NCBI GenBank assembly: GCA_038064915.1
Contig: JBBTSB010000005.1
Location: 10,615-74,614, forward strand
Source: Patescibacteria group bacterium
GTDB taxonomy: Bacteria; Patescibacteriota; Minisyncoccia; 2-02-FULL-40-12; IGHO2-01-FULL-4-A
Reading direction: 5' to 3'
DNA length: 64,000 bases
How positions within the stretch are numbered: the stretch's first letter is position 1; each line of letters starts with the position of its first letter. The position numbers were made by a program, and so were the translations under genes. The notes under the pieces are model-generated. The model had not been told where the DNA came from, did no database searches, and saw only the letters and a program-made list of their open reading frames with translations. Below are positions 16,469 through 26,050 of the stretch, in pieces.

Positions 16469-17999
16469 ATGTTTGGATGCGGTAGTTTACCGCCTCGGCA
16501 ACATGACTGCTACTGATTTCATCTCTTTCATCCAGATCGGCAATGGTTCGAGCTAGTTTCAGTATCTTGTGGTATCCACGTCCAGACAGGTGATGCATAT
16601 GCATCACTTTTTTCATGAGCAATTCCGCGTCAGATGACAAAACACAGTATTTTTCTATCTCTTTTGGGCCCATTTCGCTGTTAGTTGCCAACTTGGCAAG
16701 TGACAGCCGAGACTCCTGCCGAGCACGCGCTTTTGCTATACTAGCGCGCATATCCTCTGGTCGAGGACCAGTGGAACCCTTTGATCGAAGTTTTTCATAT
16801 GTTTCTCGTGGAACAGTTATTTGAATATCAATACGATCCAAAATGGGGCCGGAAAGCTTTTTTTGGTATTTTGCAATGGCGAAACTCGAACATACGCAGG
16901 CCTGCACAGGATCGCCATAATTTCCACAGGGACATGGATTCATAGCCGCTACGAGCATAAATCGTGCAGGAAACTTCACGGTGCGTGCGGCTCGCGATAC
17001 GATAACCTCACCGTTTTCCATAGGCTGGCGCAGAGCCTCTATGACGTTGCGAGGAAATTCAGGAAATTCATCGAGAAACAAAACACCACGATGAGCAAGA
17101 CTGATCTCGCCCGGGCGGGGATAGGACCCTCCTCCGACCACAGCAACAGCCGATGTAGTATGGTGCGGGCTTCTAAATGGTCGCTGGGTAATAATTGGGG
17201 TGTTTTGAACTAAACCAGCAACACTATACACTTTCGTGACTTCAATTGCCTCGTCCTGATTCATAGAGGGCATGATTCCGGCTAGAGCTTTTGCCAGGAG
17301 CGTTTTACCCGATCCTGGGGGTCCATGCATGAGGATATTATGCCCACCGCTTGCGGCAATCACAAGGGCGCGTTTTGCATTTTCTTGGCCCTTGATATGG
17401 TCCATCGAGAATCCTCCATCCGTTTCGTATTTAGCCAACTGGTCATAGTATCGAAGAGGGGATGCAGGAGAAATGAGGGAAGTCTTTTTCAAATGACCAA
17501 CTAATTGCGTGAGTGTAGAAACTCCAAAAATGGTTATGCCTTCGATGGCGGAGGCTTCACCTACATTATCTATCGGAAGAAATACTTCACGGTATCCATT
17601 TGCCTTGGCCATAGCGATCATGGGTAGGATGCTATTGATGCGCCGTACTGATCCGTCGAGAGACAATTCACCCAAAAAAAGACGGTGATGTGGATCGAAT
17701 TTCAATTGTTTGGTCACCAACAAATACCCCATGGCAATGGGGAGATCGTATCCTGCACCCTCTTTTTTTATATCTGCGGGGGCGAGATTAACAATAATAC
17801 GCTGATTTTTCTGCTTTGGTGCCACAAAACCGCTATTTCTCAAAGCGGAACCGATACGATCTTTTGATTCCTCAACTGTTTTATCTGGGAGCCCCACAAT
17901 GCTAAAGAAATGCAGTCCTGGAGTTGCATCCACCTCGACTTCTATGGAAAATGCATCAAGACCTATGGTTGCGGCAGAAAATACACGTATTGAGGCCAT
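16458..17999 (-). CDS. comM: ComM/YifB Mg-chelatase-like AAA+ ATPase
   Basis: IVGLPD, NLAPADIKKEG..YDLPIA, GPPGSGKT, PFRSPHH, PGEISLAHRGVLFLDE and NPCPCG motifs. Confidence 0.95.
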   Translation of the reverse strand: MASIRVFSAATIGLDAFSIEVEVDATPGLHFFSIVGLPDKTVEESKDRIGSALRNSGFVAPKQKNQRIIVNLAPADIKKEGAGYDLPIAMGYLLVTKQLKFDPHHRLFLGELSLDGSVRRINSILPMIAMAKANGYREVFLPIDNVGEASAIEGITIFGVSTLTQLVGHLKKTSLISPASPLRYYDQLAKYETDGGFSMDHIKGQENAKRALVIAASGGHNILMHGPPGSGKTLLAKALAGIMPSMNQDEAIEVTKVYSVAGLVQNTPIITQRPFRSPHHTTSAVAVVGGGSYPRPGEISLAHRGVLFLDEFPEFPRNVIEALRQPMENGEVIVSRAARTVKFPARFMLVAAMNPCPCGNYGDPVQACVCSSFAIAKYQKKLSGPILDRIDIQITVPRETYEKLRSKGSTGPRPEDMRASIAKARARQESRLSLAKLATNSEMGPKEIEKYCVLSSDAELLMKKVMHMHHLSGRGYHKILKLARTIADLDERDEISSSHVAEAVNYRIQTSTV

Positions 18000-18006
18000 A
18001 TTATTG

Positions 18007-18384
18007 CTAAGCGAGAGTCGTTTTGGTAGCGCATACAATGCAAAACTTCACAGCTGGTTTGGCGATAAGGCGTTTTTTATCAATTGGAAGATTGCAATTA
18101 CTACAAATTCCATATGAACCCTTGTCAAGTTTTTCCAGCGTTTCGTCGATTTCTTTAAGACGTAGTTCAAGATTCTGCTCAATGGCGCGCCGCTCTTCCA
18201 AATTAGTAACCGTTTGTGCCTTTTCGTCAAGTGAGTCGGCGGGATCGGAAATATCTTGAGGGACGGAGGTCCAATCACCCTTTACGGCAGGATTTTTTTT
18301 GGCAATTTGGCTTAACTGTGCCTCAAGAGCGGCTTTCTCCTGCAGAAGAGATTTCTTCAGTTGTTCGGTTTGTTGTTTATCCAT
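18007..18384 (-). CDS. TraR/DksA C4-type zinc finger protein
   Basis: GSYGICSNCNLPIDKKRLIAKPAVKFCIVC. Confidence 0.92.
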   Translation of the reverse strand: MDKQQTEQLKKSLLQEKAALEAQLSQIAKKNPAVKGDWTSVPQDISDPADSLDEKAQTVTNLEERRAIEQNLELRLKEIDETLEKLDKGSYGICSNCNLPIDKKRLIAKPAVKFCIVCATKTTLA

Positions 18385-18389
18385 GGATA

Positions 18390-19445
18390 TTATTTTCCTA
18401 ACACGACTCCGAGGACGCGGTCAATGATCGCAAACATATGATCACGCGTATTTGTCATCAAAAGGTATTGATCGCCGTCGGGCATGGTAACAATGGCATA
18501 GTCTAAGCTATTGAATGCATCAGGAAAGTTTCTGTATCGTATCACGGTATTTTGATAGGTATTGCTGAGAAAACCTTCGGATGCAGAACGTTGTGTGTTG
18601 AGCTGAAAGAATGTTTTCAGATCCCGAGCCATCGTGGATTCCCAGTCGGTCAAAGCTGTCTGCGCAGCTACAGTATCATTGATCTTGAATGCATATCCCA
18701 AACCACTTGATCCGTCTGGTTTTCCAAATGATGACCGATACACATATTCCGGATCAAATGAGAAGTCAAGAGCAGGAAATGGAAAATCAGCGAGAACAGC
18801 ATGAGACATCTTCAGTTCACCCACGGACAAGTTTCCCTCAAGGGATTGCGTCGGGTGAAATATCTCCTCGAATCCAAACATAGGGGTTGGTGTCGGAGTC
18901 GCGGAAGACGTAGGAGTTGGGGTCGGTTCGGGGTTGGACTTGCTTCCCAGGAGAAAGAGAACCACTAGCATAATAACTACAAATATGCCCACAATAATCC
19001 AAATCATTGGCTTTTTTCGGCGTTTTCCGTCAGGGGGCAAATTTACCGGAGCTGGCGGACGCGGGGGAGTTTGCCCGAATGATCGCTGTTCAGGGGGACG
19101 TGGCGTCGAAACAGCTGGTGGAACCGTAATACCAGAAGGTTTTGTTTTTGCTACGTCCTGCTCCATGGTTCTGACAGAAGAGCGAAACGTTGGTGGGGCC
19201 TGGCCAACGATCTGGGGACCTGAGGGGCGGGCGGGTGCTGGGGCAGGTTGCGGAACTCCCGATGGAGGCAAGTGGGGAGCAGGGGAAGGTGTAACATTTG
19301 AGAGATTGGTTTCCTTTACCGGGATCGTCGGAGGTGGCGAAATAGGCCGGGGCGGAAGTGTCGGCGGAGGCGTCGGAGGAACGGCCGGTTGTGGTGGTCG
19401 TGGAGGAAGAGTTGGCTTTGGTGGGAGAGGATTTACATCTGCCAT
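18390..19445 (-). CDS. Proline-rich single-pass membrane protein
   Basis: Pro-rich N-terminus with VRTMEQD, a TM helix, a PT linker and a globular C-terminus. Confidence 0.8.
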   Translation of the reverse strand: MADVNPLPPKPTLPPRPPQPAVPPTPPPTLPPRPISPPPTIPVKETNLSNVTPSPAPHLPPSGVPQPAPAPARPSGPQIVGQAPPTFRSSVRTMEQDVAKTKPSGITVPPAVSTPRPPEQRSFGQTPPRPPAPVNLPPDGKRRKKPMIWIIVGIFVVIMLVVLFLLGSKSNPEPTPTPTSSATPTPTPMFGFEEIFHPTQSLEGNLSVGELKMSHAVLADFPFPALDFSFDPEYVYRSSFGKPDGSSGLGYAFKINDTVAAQTALTDWESTMARDLKTFFQLNTQRSASEGFLSNTYQNTVIRYRNFPDAFNSLDYAIVTMPDGDQYLLMTNTRDHMFAIIDRVLGVVLGK

Positions 19446-19454
19446 AGAAGTGGA

Positions 19455-21524
19455 TTACTTCATTGTCAGATTTATTCTACCATACTCATCAATATTTTTA
19501 ACTCGAACGTGGATAACTTGCCCGACCTTGAGTATGTCAGACGGTTTTCTGATCCGTTCTTCTGACGGAATTTCACTTACGTGAACGAGTCCATCTTTGC
19601 CGGGAAGGTACTCAACCATGGCACCAAAATCCAGCAATCGCGTGATACGGCCGTCAAATTCGTCACCTGGTTTTGCTTCGTAGGTGATATTGAGAACCAG
19701 TTTTTTGGCTTCTTCCATGCTCGCAGGATTGTCGGAGGTGATAAATACCAGTCCACTATCATCAATATCGATGGCGACACCTGTTTGATCAATGATTTTG
19801 TTGATGACCTTGCCTCCGGGACCAATGAGGGCGCCGATTTTTTCAGGGTTGATTTCAATCGTGGCAACTCGGGGAGCGTATTTGGAAAGCTCCGCACGAG
19901 GCGCCTGAATTGCCTTTGCCATGCTTGCTAAAATTTCTAAACGTGCGGTCCGCGCTTGCTCGAGCGTCTTCATCAGCACCTCTTCAGTGATGCCCTCGAT
20001 CTTGACATCCATCTGCATAGCAGTGACACCATCCTTGGTGCCCGCAACTTTCATGTCCATGTCTCCATGGTGGTCTTCCGGGCCTTGGATGTCGGTGAGA
20101 ATTTTGTACTTTTCACCCTTGTCATCGAACATGAGCCCCATGGCGATACCGGCAGCGGGGCCTTTGATGGGGACGCCACCGTCCATCATGGCAAGCACGG
20201 ATCCACACACTGATGCCATGGAAGATGATCCGTTTGAGGACAAAATTTCAGATACCAAACGAATCGTATAGGGGAATTCTTCCTTGGGGGGCAGGAGTGG
20301 CTCCATGGCGCGCTCGGCAAGGTAACCATGGCCCATCTCACGGCGTTTGGGAGCACCGAAGCGTCCCACCTCTCCAACGGAGAACGGCGGGAAAACATAG
20401 TGGTGCATGAAGCGACGTTTGGTCAGATCGATTTCCATAGTTTCCACCCATTGTTCCATACCCGGAGCGCCGAGGGTGAGAATGGAGAGCGCTTGCGTTG
20501 TGCCGCGGTTGAAGAGTCCCGAGCCGTGCGAGTAGGGGAGGACGGCGACTTCGGAACTCAACGCGCGCAACTGATCAGTCTTGCGGCCATCCGGGCGCTT
20601 TTCGGATTCGAGAATGTTTTTGTGAACGATGCGATCGATTTCTTCTTCAAAAACCACCTTTGACTCAGCAAATTTTTCGGGCTGAACAAAATCTTTGAGT
20701 TCCTTTTCAATGCCGCGCAAACCCTCTACATACGCCATTTTGTGAGGCGTATAGAGGACTTTTTCAAGTTTTGGCGCAACAAAATCGCGAACCGACTTGT
20801 CGAGCTCCATGTCACGTGTTGCGATTTCCAATACGCGCTTTGGCGTATTAATTTCCGCAGCAATTTCGTTTTGGAATTTAATCAATTCCTGCATTTCCTT
20901 GAAACCCTCCACAATAGCATGGGCGATGTCTTTTTCAGGGACGATGTTGGCTCCGGCTTCGATCATGTTCATTTTGTCGGCAGTGCCGGCAACGACGATG
21001 TCAAAATCTGATTTGAGACGCTCCGCATAGGTAGGATTGAAGACGAGCTTGCCATCCACTCTGCCTACACGAATACCAGCGACAGGACCGTCAAAGGGGA
21101 TGTCGGAGATCATGAGAGCAAGGGAAGCGCCAAACAGCGCCAAGACATCGGTGTCATTGACGCGATCAAAGGACAAAACGGTGGCTACCACCTGAATATC
21201 ATTGCGAATGTTTGAATCAAAGCGGGGACGCAGGGCGCGATCGATCAAGCGTCCCGAAAGAATCGCTTCATCAGATGGTCGGCCTTCGCGCTTGATCCAC
21301 TTACTTCCTTTGATTTTGCCTGCGGCGTAGTATTTTTCTTCGTATTCTACCGAGAGAGGGAAATAGTCGGCTTGACCGGGTTTGGGAGCCATCACCGCAG
21401 TCACCAACACGGCGCTATCTCCGTAGCGCACAAATGCAGAACCATCGGCCTGTTGAGCCAATTTACCAAGTTCAACGGTCAAAGTTTTGCCCGCGAACTC
21501 ACGAGTATATTTTTTTACTTCCAT
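19455..21524 (-). CDS. pnp: Polyribonucleotide nucleotidyltransferase
   Basis: RLIDRALRP, RPDGR, SNGSSSMASVC and DHHGDMDMKVAG motifs; KH and S1 domains. Confidence 0.98.
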   Translation of the reverse strand: MEVKKYTREFAGKTLTVELGKLAQQADGSAFVRYGDSAVLVTAVMAPKPGQADYFPLSVEYEEKYYAAGKIKGSKWIKREGRPSDEAILSGRLIDRALRPRFDSNIRNDIQVVATVLSFDRVNDTDVLALFGASLALMISDIPFDGPVAGIRVGRVDGKLVFNPTYAERLKSDFDIVVAGTADKMNMIEAGANIVPEKDIAHAIVEGFKEMQELIKFQNEIAAEINTPKRVLEIATRDMELDKSVRDFVAPKLEKVLYTPHKMAYVEGLRGIEKELKDFVQPEKFAESKVVFEEEIDRIVHKNILESEKRPDGRKTDQLRALSSEVAVLPYSHGSGLFNRGTTQALSILTLGAPGMEQWVETMEIDLTKRRFMHHYVFPPFSVGEVGRFGAPKRREMGHGYLAERAMEPLLPPKEEFPYTIRLVSEILSSNGSSSMASVCGSVLAMMDGGVPIKGPAAGIAMGLMFDDKGEKYKILTDIQGPEDHHGDMDMKVAGTKDGVTAMQMDVKIEGITEEVLMKTLEQARTARLEILASMAKAIQAPRAELSKYAPRVATIEINPEKIGALIGPGGKVINKIIDQTGVAIDIDDSGLVFITSDNPASMEEAKKLVLNITYEAKPGDEFDGRITRLLDFGAMVEYLPGKDGLVHVSEIPSEERIRKPSDILKVGQVIHVRVKNIDEYGRINLTMK

Positions 21525-21532
21525 AACATACT

Positions 21533-21646
21533 ATCCCGAGCGAAGAGAGGAGAGTAACGAGGATTCTGGCCACAACATTCGATGTTCGAATACTTTGGCT
21601 AGTGCCCCTTTATTCCATGTTCCTCATCTCGCTTTTTGCTTGGGAA
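21533..21646 (-). promoter_or_regulatory. Long stem-loop in the pnp 5' leader
   Basis: Minus strand TCCCAAGC..GAGATGAGGA pairs imperfectly with CTCTCCTCTCTTCGCTCGGGA; inner GCCA..ATTCGAACATCGAAT..TGGC. Confidence 0.55.
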
Positions 21647-21688
21647 ATTACTAAAGAAAGCGTAGCATAGAATGACCTAAAACACTAG

Positions 21689-21727
21689 TATCTCCTCCCA
21701 ACCTCCTCTTACCATTAAGAGGAGGGG
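21689..21727 (-). repeat. REP-like palindromic repeat, family A copy 4
   Basis: Reverse complement CCCCTCCTCTTA-ATGG-TAAGAGGAGG-TTGGGAGGAGATA, with compensatory changes in the stem. Confidence 0.75.
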
Positions 21728-21740
21728 CATAATTAATTTG

Positions 21741-22007
21741 TCACATTCGTTGCAGGAAAAAAATTGCAATAATTACCAGCAACACGAAGAAGACAAGAAT
21801 AATCCGTGCACGTTTAGCTGTAGGATAAGACATCGTGTATGCACGTTTCGCATAACCGTCTGCAATGCCGACTCTTTTCTTACACTCTTCATTTTCCCTG
21901 CATGCCAAAAAACTTCCCATCTCAACCATGGAGTCGCGGCAGATCCCTTTGCCGCAGTTTTTGCAGGTCCCAACCGCTTCTTTATTCGGGTGATAAAAGC
22001 AATTCAT
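21741..22007 (-). CDS. B-box-like zinc finger + C-terminal TM small protein
   Basis: MNCFYHPNKEAVGTCKNCGKGIC...; start reassigned to ATG 22007. Confidence 0.85.
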   Translation of the reverse strand: MNCFYHPNKEAVGTCKNCGKGICRDSMVEMGSFLACRENEECKKRVGIADGYAKRAYTMSYPTAKRARIILVFFVLLVIIAIFFLQRM

Positions 22008-22201
22008 AGAGAAGTGATGATCATAGTAAGCACTAAAAGTCCGAGCCCAATGAGAACAAATGCGAACGTCTTGTATACTTTGGCGTGCGGTTTGCAAAAC
22101 AGCACCGTGCCCAAAGATTTGGAAGATTCTGCGCATATTCCACGCTTGCAGACACTACAGATGCCTATCGCTTCAGAGTTTTCGTGTTCATGGCATTGCA
22201 T
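22004..22201 (-). CDS. B-box-like zinc finger + TM small protein
   Basis: MQCHEHENSEAIGICSVCKRGICAE...FCKPH plus a hydrophobic tail. Confidence 0.85.
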   Translation of the reverse strand: MQCHEHENSEAIGICSVCKRGICAESSKSLGTVLFCKPHAKVYKTFAFVLIGLGLLVLTMIITSL

Positions 22202-22221
22202 ACCTGTATAGTACGCCAGCC

Positions 22222-22704
22222 TTAGCGCTCTGTAAACCGGAACGTGGAGAGAATCAAAGGAATTCTGCCGATGCCATCCCTTTCATCATCCACCACCGTG
22301 ATCTCAAAATCATTACCCATATGCTGAAACCGATAGTAATCCGTGCGAATATAGCCCTGTCGGCAAATGATATGGTTCATTTTTATGTCATTAACGACTT
22401 TTGTACTGGCTATAAAATCGGTCGAACCCTCACACAACCAGGAATTTTTGGGATTTACGTTTACGGTAAAAGACCCGATCGTGTCAAACCGTGCCGTTAC
22501 CATTATTCCCGCCATGTCCAGTTTCTTTTGGAGAGAAAAGTCATCAGGATATCTGAATTCAAATCCGTATTCCTTGTTTTGGTATATTGGCCAGGTGGTA
22601 GGATCTACCGACGGGGGAACCAAGCGCTGGGGAGCATCAATAACCAAGCTCGCGAAAATGCCGAGAACCCCGATAGCGATGAGGAGGTTGATGAAGCGGT
22701 TCAT
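22222..22704 (-). CDS. Membrane-anchored PsbP-like domain protein
   Basis: MNRFINLLIAIGVLGI anchor; WPIYQNKEYGFEFRYP...ILSTFRFT. Confidence 0.8.
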   Translation of the reverse strand: MNRFINLLIAIGVLGIFASLVIDAPQRLVPPSVDPTTWPIYQNKEYGFEFRYPDDFSLQKKLDMAGIMVTARFDTIGSFTVNVNPKNSWLCEGSTDFIASTKVVNDIKMNHIICRQGYIRTDYYRFQHMGNDFEITVVDDERDGIGRIPLILSTFRFTER

Positions 22705-22967
22705 ACGGGAAAATGGAGGAATCGGGAGAGCAAAAGAGAAAGTAGCATGAACCCAACAATGATAATGAGAACAAGACGTATCCACTTCAAGTATCTCCTG
22801 GTACGAGTTGTGAGATCATTTGCTAGGTGAACTCTTGTCTGGCACTGGTCATTTTCCATGCATGCCAAAAAGCTTCCTATTTCTACCACCGAGTCGCGAC
22901 AGATTCCTTTTCCACAGTTTTTGCAGGTTCCCACAGCTTCTTTTTGCGGATGATAGAAACAGTTCAT
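22701..22967 (-). CDS. B-box-like zinc finger + TM small protein
   Basis: MNCFYHPQKEAVGTCKNCGKGICRDS, a close paralog of 21741-22007. Confidence 0.85.
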   Translation of the reverse strand: MNCFYHPQKEAVGTCKNCGKGICRDSVVEIGSFLACMENDQCQTRVHLANDLTTRTRRYLKWIRLVLIIIVGFMLLSLLLSRFLHFPV

Positions 22968-22990
22968 AGGCTCATCGTACGCCAGCTTTG

Positions 22991-24451
22991 CTAGTCTGTA
23001 AACCGAAACGTGGAGAGAATTTGTTGAGACCACGGCTCGTATGCGACCGTAGATATATCAAATGTTACATTCGCGCGTTGGACATAGAGTTGGTATATTG
23101 AAGGATATTTTTGCGGAAGTTCAATGCATGCTAATCCACGTTCACCGGCAAACGATATTTCATTTCCTTCACAGAATCCATTGATAAAGAGAGGATCTTT
23201 TTCGAGAAGAGTTCTGGGTGATTCCGTACGGATTGAAACGTCAAAGAATGGGGCACCCGCACCACGTTGGAACAAGGAAATATGATTTTCTTGTTCCATG
23301 ATTTCCCAATGACTTGGAATAGTAGTCTCAAATCCGTACTCCTCATTCCGATAGGTTTTCCATGGAGATGGATTGAATACCTTAACTGTCTCGATAATCT
23401 GTCCCGCAATATCATTGGCGTAGCTAAACCATCGAGGCGGAAGCGCAAATACATATTTGCTGTTTTGTCCCAATTTTATTGGACCAATGGGAGCGGCACT
23501 GACAACTAAACTCGAGTTTTGAACCAATTTCCACTGCTCACGAGTAAAAACTAAGACAGGAATATTTTGTAGCGACTCATCTGGTAGTTGTGGAGGATTG
23601 ATAGAGATTATGGGACCTGTGGTATCAGCAATGTCATTACCATTCCATGTATCAGCAGTAATCGAATATCCCTCCCAACTGGGTGGCAACAGGAAACTAA
23701 ATCCATATTGATCATTTCGGTAGAGTTTCCAGCCTCCGAGGGTCATGGTATCGAGAATTTGATAGATCGTCTGATCGGTTGCCTGCCATGGTTCGTCGGT
23801 ATGCTCAAGATCTTGAACGGAAACAATTATTTTCACAACAAACTTTTTGTCTGGACTTTCGATGTATACCGTACTCCAAAAAGGCCACTCTCCACCTGGA
23901 GAGTGATGAATGTTGTATCCGACCCATGCGGTTAAACCATTCGACGTCGTATATTTTTGTGGCACCGCTCCCGACTGGCGCAGATCTTCATCACCACCGT
24001 ATGCTTCGGCATCTCGGCTCTCAAGTTGAAACGAGTCGGCAAGTTCGCTTTGACTTGTTCCCGAGGGATAGCCCTTGTAAATCCATTGATCTTGAGAGGC
24101 AGAAAATTCATAGATTCCATTAGAACCCCAGTTGGTTGCATAGTATTGCATGCCGTTAAGTGGTCGCAGTAAAACTCGTGTTTCGAGCGTATCAGATGAG
24201 TCAGATATCTCTGGTCCACTATACGCACGAAACGCTTTTGTTTTCTCTAGGTATTCGTAAAACCTCGGATACTTGAATTCAATCTGGTGAGTGGGATTGA
24301 GATAGGTGAACCAGTTGAGTTTTTCTGATGAAACAACCGTGGTTGGAGAAGGAGAGAATGAGGTTTCTTTTGATAATTTTAGTCCCACAAACAAGCTCGC
24401 GATGATGCCGAGTACACCGACAGCGATGAGATAGTTGATGAAGCGGGTCAT
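22991..24451 (-). CDS. Membrane-anchored protein with three PsbP-like repeats
   Basis: Same N-terminal anchor; three W.(T/L)Y.N...(G)F.F..P modules; ends ILSTFRFTD. Confidence 0.82.
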   Translation of the reverse strand: MTRFINYLIAVGVLGIIASLFVGLKLSKETSFSPSPTTVVSSEKLNWFTYLNPTHQIEFKYPRFYEYLEKTKAFRAYSGPEISDSSDTLETRVLLRPLNGMQYYATNWGSNGIYEFSASQDQWIYKGYPSGTSQSELADSFQLESRDAEAYGGDEDLRQSGAVPQKYTTSNGLTAWVGYNIHHSPGGEWPFWSTVYIESPDKKFVVKIIVSVQDLEHTDEPWQATDQTIYQILDTMTLGGWKLYRNDQYGFSFLLPPSWEGYSITADTWNGNDIADTTGPIISINPPQLPDESLQNIPVLVFTREQWKLVQNSSLVVSAAPIGPIKLGQNSKYVFALPPRWFSYANDIAGQIIETVKVFNPSPWKTYRNEEYGFETTIPSHWEIMEQENHISLFQRGAGAPFFDVSIRTESPRTLLEKDPLFINGFCEGNEISFAGERGLACIELPQKYPSIYQLYVQRANVTFDISTVAYEPWSQQILSTFRFTD

Positions 24452-24458
24452 GGGATAG

Positions 24459-25523
24459 TTACGGTTCTGGTACCCAGAGTTCGTTGTTGACATAGATGTT
24501 GACGCTTTCTACTGAAGGAAACTGTTTGAGCGTGTTGGCGATTCCGGATTGAAAGGCAAGATCGCCGCAAAGTCCCATGTGAGCCGAGCCTGGGCCGTTG
24601 ATGTCATAATCAGGCAGACTAAACTTCACGGTGGCAACTCCATTGGTGATCGTCACAGAGTTTAGCGAAAGAAGACCGTACCCTCCTCCGGTGTACCCAA
24701 GCTTTTTTTCTTCCTCGGTGGGACCCTGCATCCATAAAGCAACAGATTCCGTTGCAGGAGTTTTTGTAATATGGATTTGTCGCTCAACCGGATAGGTTAC
24801 TCTGCAGTCGAGAATTTGAGAATCTTTGACGGTGTTGAAAAAGAATAGCTTAATGCTCATTCGCGGGAAATACTGCACCCATGTGTTGCTCACGTATGTT
24901 TCATAGGTTTGCGTGGAAAGATCATAGATTGTTGCCGAGATAACTCTTCCGTCTATGATAGGACCAGCATCATAGTCACCCCAGGTAAAGAATCGGTTAT
25001 TATCAAGCCAAGCAAAGTAATCAGTTCCGCAGAGGGCTGCACCACAGTACGCCAGCTGGTAAAAGTGATGATTTTTGAGATCCCAGAGAGCTATAAACGT
25101 ATCCGGATCGCATGCGGCAGGGGAGCTTTGAAGTGCATAGCGACCATCGGGAGAGTACAGAGGATCTGAAGCTTTTATGCCTCCGGAACATCCTTCACCC
25201 ATAAAAATTGGTTTGCCACTAGCATCGAAAAAATTCGGAGATTCTACCAGATTAATCTTTCCTTCTGTTTGCAGGGTAAAAACCAAATCGGGCATGTCAC
25301 GATCGGCTCGTTTTTGAGTGGCGAGATACCCCTTGAACTCGGCATTGCTGGCTATTTCTGATGGCAATGGTTTATCAGGTAAGATATCCGATGATGACGA
25401 TGGCGATGTTGTCGGAGTGGAAAAACTGGTTTGTTCGCCCAAGGTTCCAGGCCTTGTAAACAAGCTTGCAATGATGCCGAGAATGCCGATGGCGATTAAG
25501 AGGTTGGTTATATTCTTTTCCAT
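24459..25523 (-). CDS. Membrane-anchored protein with C-terminal GerMN-like domain
   Basis: NLLIAIGILGIIASLF anchor; SVTITNGVATVKFS...IANTLKQFPSVESVNIYVN. Confidence 0.8.
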   Translation of the reverse strand: MEKNITNLLIAIGILGIIASLFTRPGTLGEQTSFSTPTTSPSSSSDILPDKPLPSEIASNAEFKGYLATQKRADRDMPDLVFTLQTEGKINLVESPNFFDASGKPIFMGEGCSGGIKASDPLYSPDGRYALQSSPAACDPDTFIALWDLKNHHFYQLAYCGAALCGTDYFAWLDNNRFFTWGDYDAGPIIDGRVISATIYDLSTQTYETYVSNTWVQYFPRMSIKLFFFNTVKDSQILDCRVTYPVERQIHITKTPATESVALWMQGPTEEEKKLGYTGGGYGLLSLNSVTITNGVATVKFSLPDYDINGPGSAHMGLCGDLAFQSGIANTLKQFPSVESVNIYVNNELWVPEP

Positions 25524-25783
25524 ACGTTTTGGTAAATCACGGATCGGTGTTGAATGATTAGTATTTTGACCACACGTTTCTCAATTTTGAAAATGACTCG
25601 GTGGTCACCTACGCGCAACTTGCGGTACCCATGCAGAGAACGACGCAGGGGTTTGCCGTACAGTTCCGGTTCGGTCGTCAGACGTGTTTCGATGGCCTGT
25701 TTGATCCGGTCCCGCATACGCTTCGGGAGCTCAGGAATATCGTTACGAACAACAAGCTCATGGTATCTGATCGTAAAACTCAT
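25508..25783 (-). CDS. RelE/ParE family toxin
   Basis: GKPLRRSLHGYRKLRVGDHRVIF and IQHRSVIY motifs. Confidence 0.93.
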   Translation of the reverse strand: MSFTIRYHELVVRNDIPELPKRMRDRIKQAIETRLTTEPELYGKPLRRSLHGYRKLRVGDHRVIFKIEKRVVKILIIQHRSVIYQNVWKRI

Positions 25784-26001
25784 GACCAGGCCTTCGCGTG
25801 GCTCACAAAGCGCGCTTTTTTGGTGTCGCGAGCTTGCGCCAAGCGATCCCAGGCTCCATCCTCCTCGATTTCAATAGCCAATTTGAGTAAATCAGCCGCT
25901 TTGGTGGCTTGTGGAACACGATCCCGCCTGGCGAGGTACGCCAGCGCCCTTTCTAGAGGATCAGAAAGCGATACATTGACGCGATGTTTTGTGGTAGGCA
26001 T
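25780..26001 (-). CDS. Antitoxin, RHH/CopG-like
   Basis: MPTTKHRVNVSL...LAIEIEED...VSHAKAW; ATGA overlap with the toxin. Confidence 0.88.
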   Translation of the reverse strand: MPTTKHRVNVSLSDPLERALAYLARRDRVPQATKAADLLKLAIEIEEDGAWDRLAQARDTKKARFVSHAKAWS

Positions 26002-26007
26002 GTCTTG

Positions 26008-26037
26008 AGTGTATCAAAAGTGTAGCACCGAGGTCAA
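26008..26037 (-). promoter_or_regulatory. Promoter of the TA operon, leaderless
   Basis: TTGACC-N18-TACACT-N6-ATG. Confidence 0.6.
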
Positions 26038-26050
26038 GAACCGGAGGGAG

